This document shows positions 26,760-38,529 of a DNA stretch of 64,000 nt, one piece after another. The position numbers and the translations under genes are program-made. The first letter of the stretch is position 1, and each line of letters starts with the position of its first letter. This DNA comes from Epiperipatus broadwayi (taxonomy: Eukaryota; Animalia; Onychophora). The notes beneath the pieces are model-generated. The model was not told the DNA's origin and ran no database searches. It was given only the letters and a program-made list of their open reading frames with translations. The stretch spans positions 7,502,001 through 7,566,000 of the forward strand of contig JAQFVV010000008.1 of NCBI GenBank assembly GCA_028023455.1, in the 5' to 3' direction.

Positions 26760-27034
26760 TATATAAGTAAATACACTGAGAGCAAATATCTCTGCAACTA
26801 TGTGTAATATCCAACAGAAACTAGAATCTGACATACAGATTAAATGAGTCCCACTTTGTCTGGAAGACAAGTTTAGATGATAATTGAAAGACTGAAATTT
26901 TATTCTATTATAAATATAAATAATGAAAATTTCTTGAGATGTTACTAATATTTACATAGCAGGTAAATAAATCTTTACAATATATTTATATAATATTTCA
27001 TATCATAAAATTTCTAATATTACTTATTTATATA

Positions 27035-27470
27035 CAATGTGTCTCAGTTAAAAAAATGACTGATTTTTTCTCCAAACATCATGGAGCACCATCTCTGAAT
27101 CAACATATAGTGTTAGGTAGTATCATAGCTTAACTATTCATTACAAAAAATTTAAAGCATTAACATATCTGCATCACATGTAATGATATAAAATGTGACA
27201 ATGTGTTTTGTACCTTCATAGATCATTTTCAATGTTCTCTTTGTTATCATGAAATCTTGCAAACGATTTGAAAATTTTTGTTACTCATAGCTTCATTGTC
27301 AAAATTCAATGTTTGCATACTGTTTCACTATGAGTTAAGATATAAAATACACTGCTACACTTCATATCACAACTCATGATTCAAACACATTATAAACAAC
27401 ATGTATTGATTCAGAAATGGAATTGGCAGATATCTTGGAGAACTATTCATCTTTTCACTGGAACACACTA
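27035..27470. mobile_element. Non-autonomous Tc1/mariner-superfamily element
   Basis: ta|caatgtgtctcag ... ctggaacacacta|ta. These are degenerate TIRs of the CAGTGTGTTCCAG type with TA flanks. Confidence 0.55.
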
Positions 27471-28539
27471 TATACATACAAATACATAAACTGAATATTT
27501 CTGAAATTTAAAAACCAATTTGTACATTTTGCTTCCCTTCTCTATTGACAGATATTATATGCAATATTATTTGAATTTTAATACAACTGAAATACTGCTT
27601 CTTGCAACAATATTATATAGTGTGGTTTCTAATTGAAACTTCAAAAATAGAAAGCAACTAATTAAAGTATTTTGATATTAATGTCAGTCTTGAAGAATAA
27701 ATTACATTACACTTTGTTTATATATAACACTTCTAAGTAAAAAAATATTCTAATGAGAGAAGCCTTACTGCAAAAATCTGCCTGATTCAAATAATAAATC
27801 TTCATTTGATCAATACTAATATTCACTGAATATTGCAGAAAGACTTGCATGATAAGCACATTATATTCAAATTAACCAAAAACTTGTATTTATTATGAAC
27901 TTATAAATAAATGATACAATATATGTTGTGATATCTATATATTTACTTCTAAAGTTCAATATGTGAAAAGTATTGACGTGCTTATTTTATGGTGGAAATT
28001 GGGGATATATCGTATTTTAGAGCAGTCTGGAAAAAGATATCTGACATTAAAAGTGATGATAATGCTTATAATACAGAAAAGTTATATATCATTCTTATGA
28101 AATGATGCTGTAAAAGCTTGACATAATGTACAATAAATTGTAGACCTTATATAAAATACATTCCTTCATTTCGTTATTTGCGCTCTTGGGTAATCATTTG
28201 ATGACATATTATTTTCTTTCTTTGCTGACGTAAAAAGTATAATCATGACGTCAAAGAAAATATGGCCGTCTTTAGCTGTATATGTTAGCTTTCAAACGAT
28301 CTTTATTTCAAAAAAATCGGTTGAAATTTAGATTTTTGGTGAATTTTTTAATCAACCACAGTATTTATTTTTTTTGTTTTTTTGATAATTTTTGTACTTA
28401 TCACGAAACGATAAAAGACAAAATGCTTTACGGGCTGGATGTGAAATTTTCTCCGGTAAGGCCTATATATCAACGTAATTATTCGTAAGTAAAATTTTTT
28501 AATTTTTTTTTAAATTTTTGGAAAAAATATATTTTTTAT

Positions 28540-28860
28540 TAATTTTAGTTTGTAATTAGTGTGTGCTAATTTGTAGTTATATATTTATTTATTTATGCTC
28601 ATATACAATTCATATTTATCGAAATATTGGTGTGTGTGTAATTATATATTTGTGTTCGTATATCCTCTGTAGAATTCATATTTATCATAATTTTCTAAAG
28701 ATAGTTTGTAATACATTTATTTATGCTCACATAGAATTCATACTTATCGAAAAATTAGTATGATTTAGTTTGTAATTATATATTTACTCATATAGAATTC
28801 ATATCGTAATTAACTTATTAGTATATAATTCATATCGTGATTATCTAAAGTTCTATCTAC
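28540..28860. repeat. Degenerate minisatellite-like array
   Basis: Recurrent motifs tagtttgtaattatatattt, ttatgctcatatagaattcata and aattcatatttatcg. Confidence 0.6.
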
Positions 28861-28885
28861 AATAATCCTCTTATTTTTATAAAAA

Positions 28886-28923
28886 TAATGATTTTCAAAA
28901 AGTATACTTTTTGAAAATCATTA
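28886..28923. repeat. 38-bp perfect palindrome
   Basis: TAATGATTTTCAAAAAGTATACTTTTTGAAAATCATTA equals its own reverse complement. Confidence 0.95.
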
Positions 28924-29120
28924 ATTATGTTTATATAATATGTTTTACAAGCAATGGGTTATAAAACTAATAATCAAATATATACAAACTTTGTATACAC
29001 AAACATATAATCCAATTCTGAAACTTGTTTATGCTTGATCATGCTTTGCTTTTGCTATATGTTTCATAACATTATTTTCAAATCTATAGACTATATGCAA
29101 ATAAATTATATCTGTGGTAC

Positions 29121-29250
29121 AATAAATATAAAAAGATAGCATCACTTCTGTATATAAAGAATATAAACATCACTTGTGCAGTGCATAAAGAATATAAACA
29201 CTGGTGACCACAAAGAATATAAACATTATTGTACACAGAAAAATATAAAA
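29121..29250 (+). repeat. Short direct repeats AAAGAATATAAACA with variable spacers
   Basis: Exact 14-mer at 29156, 29187 and 29212. Degenerate copies at ~29121 and ~29237. Confidence 0.75.
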
Positions 29251-30078
29251 TGAAGAGATGAAACTCATTTTATCAGTGGTATAGAAAGTAGTCTACAATT
29301 TCTAGTTTTAGACAGACAAGAAGCCAATTGCTATGATAATTTCTTTTGTATCTTTTATTAGGATGAATCTTTTTCTTTATAGACGCCTTTGACATTTAGA
29401 ACATTTGGGGTACAAGATAAAAATGAAAAAGTCATATCCAACTTCTTTTGGAGATTGTGAAGCTGTGGATTATCTCAGGTAAGACATATTATACATGTTT
29501 AGAAAGATAATTTTATAAGGAATAGAAAGAAATTATCACTGAAGATGTATTTTGAATTTTAGTTAATGTTAATTTCCAAATTATGAACAAACAAAATAAT
29601 AAATGTTTCGGATGTGAAAATTTTTTTTACTTTATTTTTTATATAGTTATTACTATTTATTTTATGCTTATTGTTTTCCTTAATTTTTCTAGTTTCTAGC
29701 AATGTAATTGTTTTTGCTCTAACATAATTAAAACTGAAGTTATGAAAATTGTGTTTCATGCCAGTATTTTAAAAAGTTCAATATGGCGGCTTGAAGCTGA
29801 AGTAGTTAAATTTTTTTTACTTTAAAAAAATAAATTTATTTTTAAATGATATGTACATAATTTTTTTATATGAATACAGACAAGTTATACAAAATGTATT
29901 CAGTTGTGACTATGTCTGCTTTCGTATTATTCCACTATACATTACTAACACATATCATTTTCTTTGGAAATCTTCACTCTCAATCTATATTGAAATAATT
30001 TTTTTTATTCACTGCTTACAATCTGACTGCTGGTCATTATCATTGGCTGATATAATTATAAAGTATCTGAAATTATAT

Positions 30079-30329
30079 TTGTATTTATATATTGGACTAT
30101 TTACATCATTTAATATAAACAATGATTTTAGAAAAATTTAACTTTACTTAAATTTTTAAAATATATTCAACTGTTAGTAATAGCACACAGGTTAATATAT
30201 GCATATACCAACCTGTGGGATATTATTAACAGTTGAATATATTTTAAAATTTTAAATAAAATTAAATTTTTCTAAAGGCATTCAATGCTTAACATTAAAT
30301 GGTGGAAATAGTCCAATATATAAATACAA
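30079..30329. repeat. ~250 bp loop-less foldback hairpin
   Basis: Outer 24-bp perfect IR ttgtatttatatattggactattt / aaatagtccaatatataaatacaa. Inner tttaaaatatattcaactgtta / taacagttgaatatattttaaa and cacaggtt / aacctgtg. Central palindrome tatatgcatata. Confidence 0.9.
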
Positions 30330-31422
30330 CAAAAATGCCATCATCACAAACCTTCTGGAAAATATCTGAAATTACTATATAAAAAAATACTTATAAAATG
30401 GTATGCATCCTTTAAACACAATATATACATTAAATTAAATGAATTTTTATTTTTTAATAAATTATCCAATTTGAGCTATTTCTAATAACTATTTTTTTAC
30501 AGTCTTAAAAATTCTTAATTCCTAAAATATCTTCAAATTTTCTATATTTACAATACAATTAATATAACTGACTATAACCAAGAGTATGAAGAAATTAAAA
30601 AATTATATTTAATTACTAAGTTATTCTAAAATCCTTTATCAATATCTTATAACATAGTATGAATATTTACAATATATGCATTCACCTTTAACATTAAACA
30701 TAAAATCTTTAAATGCTTAAAAAAATAATAAAACCAAGATTGGCCTCTAAGTTTGTCTAGATCCCCCTTCAGTATCTTCTGCCAGAATTAAACTGGATAT
30801 AAACGCCAGTCCAGGTCCTTTTTCTTTCTTCTTCCTCCACCCTGAAGATTTCAATTTCTGTTTTTAGGTTAATTGTCTTTTTAATAGTTCTGTTCTATTG
30901 TTCTTTGCATCATAGCAGGGAGGAAAAAAAAATGCAATATCTTTTTTCTACATTCCTTGTATAATCAATGCAGCTAAATTGCATATATATGTGAAGCAGT
31001 AGAAGAATAGTGGGGATTTGTTTCCAGACTCGGGATCTCGGATACTGAAGGTAATCAAGCCGACTAGAGATTAAACAGATTGCCCCGATCTTATTATAAT
31101 TTATATGCGCCTCAAGGGTTCACAGACCTAAAGAACAAGTGCCAGAATTAGGTAAATAGTGATTTAGTTAATCATTAATGGTGCGATTAAGCAGGAGACT
31201 TTAATCATGAGGATATTGACTATATATATATTGATTTATTATTATAACCTATGTATAAAAACTATATATGTATATTTTATAAAATTATTATCTTGTATTA
31301 AAATTAGTTATAAAATTGAGCCGCAGTGGGGTTATTTAGTTATTTGAGAACCGAAATAAAATTTAGAAAATCACTCGCTAGTCTTAATTGAGATAAAGTT
31401 AAGATCAAGACATAGCAAAACT

Positions 31423-31433
31423 TGGCACAGTCG
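31423..31433 (+). other. Primer-binding site of element A (tRNA-Ser-like, partial)
   Basis: TGGCACAGTCG lies 5 nt after ..AGACATAGCA. It resembles the TGGCGCAGTCG(G) tRNA-Ser-type PBS. Confidence 0.5.
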
Positions 31434-31547
31434 CAATTTGATTTGAACCTCATCGCTCTGCCTGGTTAGTAAAAACTTGGTGTAGGTTATTTCAAACATA
31501 ACTAAAAGAATAAGCTTAGGGAAGGATAGTAATAAAAAACAGTTTAA

Positions 31548-32380
31548 ATGTCATTTGGACAAACAGCCATAAGCAAATTTGATCTGAAGAATGCTGCAGA
31601 ATGATCACTATATGCGAAACAGATAGAAAACTTTTTTTACTTTGAAAGGTAGTCAAGAAAATAAAAGTGGCAGCACTTTTGTGTTTCTCGGGAATAAAAG
31701 TTATAGAAATTGTTAATAAGTTTTATGACCCCCCCCCCACCACTGATAGTATAGAAATACAAGGAGTTAGTTAAGCAACTAACAGAGAATTTTAGACCAC
31801 GCCCAACCCGTCACATAACTCATTTAAAACTGAGGAATAGAAAACAGTTTAATGGGGAATCAATAAAAGATTATAATTTGGCCCTTAGAGAGATAGCTAA
31901 GGATTGCGGATACAGGAATTATATCGAAGAAATACTCCTTGATCAATTACTCTGGGATATATACAGTGATAGATTGCGAGAACAATTATTAACTGATAGT
32001 GACTTAGAAAGTATCAGAGCTTGATCCAAAAAGGAATAGCTTACGAGCTAATAAGTGAGCAAGCTCAAGCTTTTAGAAATAAAACTGACGATAGTATAAA
32101 ATACACAGATTTATAAAATCAAGAAAAAATGTAGTAACCTGCGCAAACCAAAATTTGAAAAGGGAACTAAAATGGCGTGTTACTGCTGCAGAAAAAATAA
32201 CCATAAATCAAAAGAGTGCAAGCAGAGAGAAATGTTTTAAATGTGGCTATAAGGAACACATCACACGCGTATGTAGAAAACATGATAATGACTCAAATCA
32301 AGAGAAAGAGTGGGGTCAAAAGAATAGGGGAGGTAAATCCAATAATAATTTTACTGTTAGAAATATGAGTATGGACGGGT
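31548..32380 (+). pseudogene. Mag-type gag (stops and frameshifts)
   Basis: MSFGQTAISKFDLKNAAE*SLYAKQIENF.., RNRKQFNGESIKDYNLALREIAKDC.., and a CCHC knuckle CFKCGYKEHITRVC. Confidence 0.85.
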
Positions 32381-32381
32381 A

Positions 32382-35300
32382 ACAACAATTTATAATCGAA
32401 TTGGAAATTTGCAGAGTTAAAATGAATATGGAAATAGATAGTGGCTTGGGGATATCTATAATATCAGACATAGACTGGAGAGCACTATCAGCAATGGACA
32501 CTAGATTAAAATGTGGAAAAAACTAAGATAAAAGCCCGAGATGTAAACGGCAATGCATTAAACTTACTGAGGAAAATACAGACACCATTTAGATACCGTG
32601 ATAAAATAAATACATTGCCGTTATACATAGTACAAGGAAGATTCAGCCCTATAATAGGCAGGGACTGGTTTAAGATATTGGAATTCAAGTTAGTGTAATA
32701 AAAAAAATTTCCCTTGAAAGAGAAGTTAAAAATAAATATCCAGACCTATTGACCAATAAGTTAGGGATGATAGATACGAAATCCGGTAAAGGTGGAGCAA
32801 CTTGACAAATATGCCCCACAATTTGAAAACCGCGAAATTATACCATTCGCTCAAAGAACAAAAGTAGAAGAAAAAAATTGGTCAATAAAGGCATATTGAT
32901 ACCGATAGAAATGGCTGACTGGGCAACACCTATAGACGTAGTTATAAAACTCAATGGAAACATATTCATATAGGACAACTATAGAGTAACCGTGAACAAG
33001 TTTTTAAATAAGAGAGTGTACCCAGTACTTAATGTAAGAGAGATACTGGCGAATTTACAAAAAGCATCATATTTTGTAAAGCTTGATTTAAATTCAGCTT
33101 TTCATCAGATCCCAATGTCAGAGAAAACAGGTGAAATATTAATGATCACAACACCTTTTGGATTATTTAAGTGCAATAGGTTGCTGTTCGGCATATCAAC
33201 AGCCCCAAATATATTTCACATGAAAATTGGTACACTATTACAGGGATTTGAGGGTATCATACCCTACTTTGACGATATATTAATAACAGCGAAATCGGAA
33301 GAGAGCTTACATCTAATTTATTAGGGTATGTGCAAAATTAAATATATTTCGGAGTAAAAGTAAACGCTAAAAAAAGTGTATGGAACACAAAAAAATTAAT
33401 TTTTCTAGGACATGTAATCTCTGGCAAAGGGAAGTGCCTTTCGCCCGAAAAAGTAAAAGCCATAGAAAAGATAAAAAAACCAAGGAATGTCAAAGAATTT
33501 CAGGCATTTTTAGACTTGATTAACTATTTTGAACAGTTCCTACAGAATAAATCCAATGTAGCAAAACCCCTTTTTGAGTTACTTAAAAAGAATTAAAAGT
33601 GGCAGTGGTTAAAAATCCATGATGACGCCTTTAGATGCACTAAAGGCCTACTGTCATCAGAAAAATTACTGGTCCATTTTGACAATAATCAAGAAGTAAC
33701 TTTAACCACAGACACACCTCAGAATGAGGGGCGGGGGCAGTTTTATGCCATCCATGCAATAACAGAGAACGGCCTATTGCCTACGCATCCACACTCCTCT
33801 CCAAAGCTGACAAAAATTAGTCAGATAAATAGAGGCTTTAGCAATAATATTTGGACTAAAGAAATTCCACCAATCAAATCATCAACGGATTATAAGCCAT
33901 TACTAGCAATATTGGCAAGCGATAGACTAGCTCCTGACCATTTGAGCCTTAGAATGCTCAAATGGAAAAGTATACTGACATCATATGATTACCAGCTTGT
34001 ATACAAGAAAGGAATAGAGATACAGCATGAAGACGTGTTGCCCAGAAACCCAGACAGACGAAAACCCCTGATGAATAAAAGAGATTAACTATATAGATTC
34101 TATGCAGTCTGAGATTCTCAACAGTAAAATAGTGGAAAAACGGATGAAAGAAGATAAAGGATACCAGCTGCTAAAGAGCTGGACTAGGAATGGCCAGCCA
34201 TCAAAGAAGCACAATGGGTGGACCGACTTTTAGTAAAGAGTGTATACTAATGGGAGACAGGGTAGTTTTATCATCAGAAAGAAGAAATAAAGTATTAAAC
34301 TTTTTGCATGAAGGCCATCCTAGAATAGTGGGTGCAAAAGCTTTAGCGCGTAACTATATCTGTTGGCCAAGAATAACAATCGATATAAAAAAATAATGTT
34401 AATGTGTTAAGTATGTCAATCACAGAGCAACATGAAACCAAAGGAAATATATACCCTGGTCTAAAATAAACCGTGGCAGAGACTCAACATGGACCATGTG
34501 GGTTCTATTAATGACAAAATATTATTAGTACTGGTTGATGCATATTCAAAATAGGCCGAATATCACATTTGTCAAAAATACAAGCGCTTATGAAACAATA
34601 AAAATACTAAAAGCTATTTTCTCATGTCACAGATTACCAGAAATAATAGTCACTGAAAATGGCACTGGATTTACAGCACAAGAGATGGAAGAATATTTGA
34701 AAAAGAATGGAACCAGACACATATATGCATCCCCCTACCATCCAGAGTCCAACGCCCTCATGGAGAAGGTCGTACAAACAATTAAAAAAGCAATAAGAAA
34801 ATCTCAAAGGAACAACATTCAAAAAGTTTTATATGAAGCAATACTGTATCAACTCTCACCACCATCAACAACTACAGATAAATTTCCAGCAGAGTTGCTG
34901 ATGTGCAGAAAATTTCGCATTAAACTAGATATGTTAATACCAAAGGATGAGCATTTCTGTCATATGAGCGAAGGAAAAACTTTCCAAATTGTGAAAAAGT
35001 ATGGGTACACAATATGCTGCAAAAGAAATGGATTGAAGATACAATATGGGGGACAATCCAGACAAATAAGTCATTGAAAATGGAAATGGTACACAATACA
35101 AGAGATATATAAACCATGTTCGTCGCCGAACAATAAGAGAAGCTATATCCAATGACAATAATACCATATTGAAGAATTGGAGAAATAGATCGGAGAATGA
35201 GAATGTGAACAGGTAAATCCAGATGCCGAAAAAACAAGAGAATCTACAGCTGCAAGATCATAGTAAAGCTGAAATAAAAGTAGAGATTGAACCCAGGAAA

Positions 35301-35390
35301 AGGCAAAGATCATCCAGACTCCAGCAAAGTAAATATAAACCAAAAAAATTACAGAATTACATGTAAATGAAAGAATTTCTGGAATAAGGG
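32382..35390 (+). pseudogene. Gypsy pol: aspartic protease, RT, RNase H, integrase (disrupted)
   Basis: PR EIDSG. RT VKLDLNSAFHQIPM..TTPFGLFKCNRLLFGISTAP..YFDDILI (32992-33324). RH TDYKPLL..RMLKWKSIL. IN HEGHPRIV..ARNYICWP and IVTENGTGF..SPYHPESNA. Confidence 0.9.
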
Positions 35391-35502
35391 GACGGTTGGA
35401 ATATCTGGAATAAGGGGAGGGTTGGAATATCTATTAATTACTAGTAAAATGTGCACCTAAATTTACATTACTAAAACTCCTGTCTAAAAATAGTTAAATA
35501 AT

Positions 35503-35610
35503 AAAATGGATATAAATTAAAACATTAATTGAATAATGAGAATAAAACTAAAGTAAAATGGATATAAATTAAAACATCAATTGAATAATGAGAATAAAAC
35601 TAAAGTAAAA
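35503..35610 (+). repeat. Tandem duplication (~52 bp unit) in the 3' region of element A
   Basis: aaaatggatataaattaaaaca(t/c)taattgaataatgagaataaaactaaagt x2. Confidence 0.85.
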
Positions 35611-38051
35611 TCTAATTTTGTAGAAATTCAATTGTCAATAACTGATTAACAATCAAATTCTAGAAAAAAACTAATGTTTAATAAAACTTAATATGTTAAA
35701 AAACCTTTTACCCAGATACAGATGAACAGTTAGAACCAGAAAACAAGACAAAGAAAACTATTTAAGCAGGGGGAAAAAGAATGCAATATCTTTTTTCTCC
35801 CTCGTGTACTCGTTCAACTAAGTTGAATATATATGTGAAGCATCGGAAGAATAGGGAAGATTTGTTTCCAGACACAGGATCTCGGCTCCTGAAGGTAATC
35901 AAGCCGACTAGGGATTAAACAGATTGCCCCAATCTTATAATTTATATGCGCCAAAGGGCTCACAGAATTAAAGAACAATTGCCAAAATTAGGTAAATAGC
36001 AATTTAATTAATCATTAATAATGCGATTAAGCTGGAGACTTTTAATTATGAGGATATTGACTATATATATATATTGATTTATTATTATAACCTATGTATA
36101 GCAACTATATAGGTATATATTACTAGAATATTATTGTCTTGTATTAAAATTAGTTATAAAATTGATCAGCAGTGGGGTTATACATCAATTAAAGTACTTT
36201 TAGTTTTATTCTTTGTACAGATTACTTAAAATACTTTTAGTTTTCAAGTTATTAAACATTTATTCTGCATATAGTACTACCTCTTCTATTCCTGAGAACT
36301 GCAGATTCTCTGGAGTTATATACATAATCCTTTAGATAGACAGGTGGGCAATGATTTTAGTAGAATCTATTTTTTTCTTGGCTGTCAGAAGCATTCACTT
36401 GGGGCTGCTGTAACACTGGTTCATCAGAAACTTCCAGTGCCTTATCAGATTTATTTGTATATGTCTCTGCACAATTTTCATCTCTACAGTCTCAGTTCTG
36501 AATAATACTATCAGGAATTTTAATATTATCATCAATGTTTTCCTCCATTCAATTTGCTGTCGGTAACATGCTCCTAATGTTGCTTGTATTTACACATTTG
36601 TACAGAGATAACTTTGGCTATTTTCCCTTCTATCCATCTTTTGCATAGACTGTCACTTGTCTATACATTCTTTCCATCAGTGTAGATATTCTTATAGGTT
36701 GTTATTGGGTTTCCTTTTTCCTGGGATAAGAATGGTCAACATATTATGTAACTTCCTGCCCATCAGTATTTCTGCAGGTGGATTTCCCAATAATTGTGGA
36801 AGGTGTAATATATTGGTGTAGCATTGCCATAATTAACACTTCATCTGTTTTCATGTGGTTTAGTTGGTTTAAAACTAGCTTCAAAAACTGCATCGCTTGT
36901 TCAGCAATCCCGTTGGATTTTGGGCAATAAGAAGCACGAAAATGCTTCACCCCCCACTCATCTAAGAACAATTTCAATTCTTTGGATGTAAATCCAGTAC
37001 CATTGTCTGATACCAATACTTCTGGTGAACCCTGGTATGAAAATATTTCACAGAAAATGAAGATGATTCCTGCTGCAATTGTATTTTTTGTAGTTTATAT
37101 TTCTGTCCATTTGGAGTCAGCATATATGAAAACAAAAAAAAAATTATCATTTATTGGGCCTGTGTGGTCTATTTGCATATGGATCTATGGACTGTCTGTT
37201 TTGGGCCATAATGTAAACTTCTTTTGAGATGTATTTGCCGAGGATTGATATGGCTTGCATTTTCTGATAGATGTTTTTATGTCTACACCCATATCTGGCC
37301 AATATATGTAACTGCGAGCTAAAGCTTTTACTCTAATCACATCCAAGTTCCCAATGAAATATTTCTAGTATATTAGGGTAACCTATACGTGGAATTAATA
37401 CCTTATCATCCATTACAATGCAACTCTTTATCATTGATAACTGCTGATGCATATTCCATAATGATGTATGTAAGTAGTAAGGTTGTTCACTGGACCATCT
37501 CTTTCTAATCCAATTAATAAATGTCTGGTATTCCATTGTTTCTTTAATCTACCTAGCCTTCGGGCTTTCAGTGATCCAAATCATTTATTTCCATTATCCA
37601 TTTTTTCTGTCAATTCCGGTACACGAGATAGCATATAGACGTTTTTGAGTAATTTTCTGATATTGTAATCCATAATCGTATGTGATAATAAATTGTACTA
37701 GTGAACCATACATGAACTTAAGTGATCCAGAGCAGCTTTTTATTGGCAAATAGTCTCAATAATGGGTCATGGTTATTTTAAATGATCAACCATAAAGGTA
37801 TTGGTGGAATTGCTTAACTTGCGCTATTATAGTAGGTCATTGACCAGTTGGTTGTAGTTTTTCCAGCCTTTGATAACATTCTAGATATAAAAACTATGAG
37901 GTATTTCTGTGATGGATGACTGAATATCGCTCCAATTCTGTAATCAGATGCATCAGTTGTTGTTACATCAAGATCACTGTTTAATGCACGAATAGGCAGT
38001 TTGAAGTGATCAATGCCTTGGTTTTTTGAAAAGACTCTCAGAACATAGTAT

Positions 38052-38518
38052 TGTTGAAATTATACTTAATTACTAAGTTATTCTAAAATCCTTAATCAAT
38101 ATTCTACAGAGAATATGTGAATATTTACAGTACACAAAACCCTGTAGGCATACTAAAAAATAATAAAGACTGAGGGTGACCTCTAAGTTTGCCTAGATCC
38201 CTCTTCAGTATCTTTAACGGGGATTAAACTGGATATGAAAGCCAGTCCAAGTCCTTTTCCCTTTCTTCGCATTACAGACCTCTCTTCTTATTTTTAGATT
38301 AATTCAACTTTTTAATAGTTCTGCTTTACTGTTCTTTGCAATCATTTCCTGTTGCTATTTTTAGTCAATACTTCTTAGCAATGTTTTACTAATTAGTTTT
38401 CTGTAATCTAATTGCAATTTATCCATCTGTATAAATTAATTAATAAATATTTTGTTTTATTTTTTATACAGATTATTTTTAGTTTTTAAGTTATTAAATA
38501 TTTATTTTGCACACAGCA
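38052..38518 (-). mobile_element. 5' LTR of Mag element B
   Basis: Direct repeat of ~30600-30913 (aattactaagttattctaaaatcc, ctctaagtttg..tagatccc, gccagtcca) and of ~36217-36276. TG..CA termini. Confidence 0.75.
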
Positions 38519-38529
38519 TAATTAAAATT

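Larger units (their letters stand above)
30914..36181 (+). mobile_element. Mag-clade Ty3/Gypsy element A (full gag-pol, degenerate)
   Basis: Direct repeats at 30914-31335 and 35765-36181. PBS-like TGGCACAGTCG at 31423. Domain order is gag, PR, RT, RH, IN. Confidence 0.92.
30594..38518 (-). mobile_element. Mag-clade Ty3/Gypsy element B (internally deleted; outer host of nested element A)
   Basis: The 5' LTR is at 38052-38518 (TGTTG..CAGCA). The 3' LTR is split into ~30594-30913 and ~36182-36276, both matching 38052-38518. PPT at 36277-36292. The internal region carries RNase H (TDASDYRIGAI), the integrase zinc finger and the core (VSDNGTGFTSKEL..SYCPKSNGIAE, 36744-37016). Confidence 0.8.

Noticed and set aside
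29121-29250. CRISPR array interpretation of the repeat-spacer pattern
   Set aside because: The repeat is 14 bp and the spacers 11-17 bp, far below CRISPR dimensions. The context is a eukaryotic intron with no cas genes.
36266-36276. CA-to-TA changes at LTR ends, as RIP- or APOBEC-like hypermutation
   Set aside because: Too few sites, and explainable by general C-to-T, AT-biased decay.
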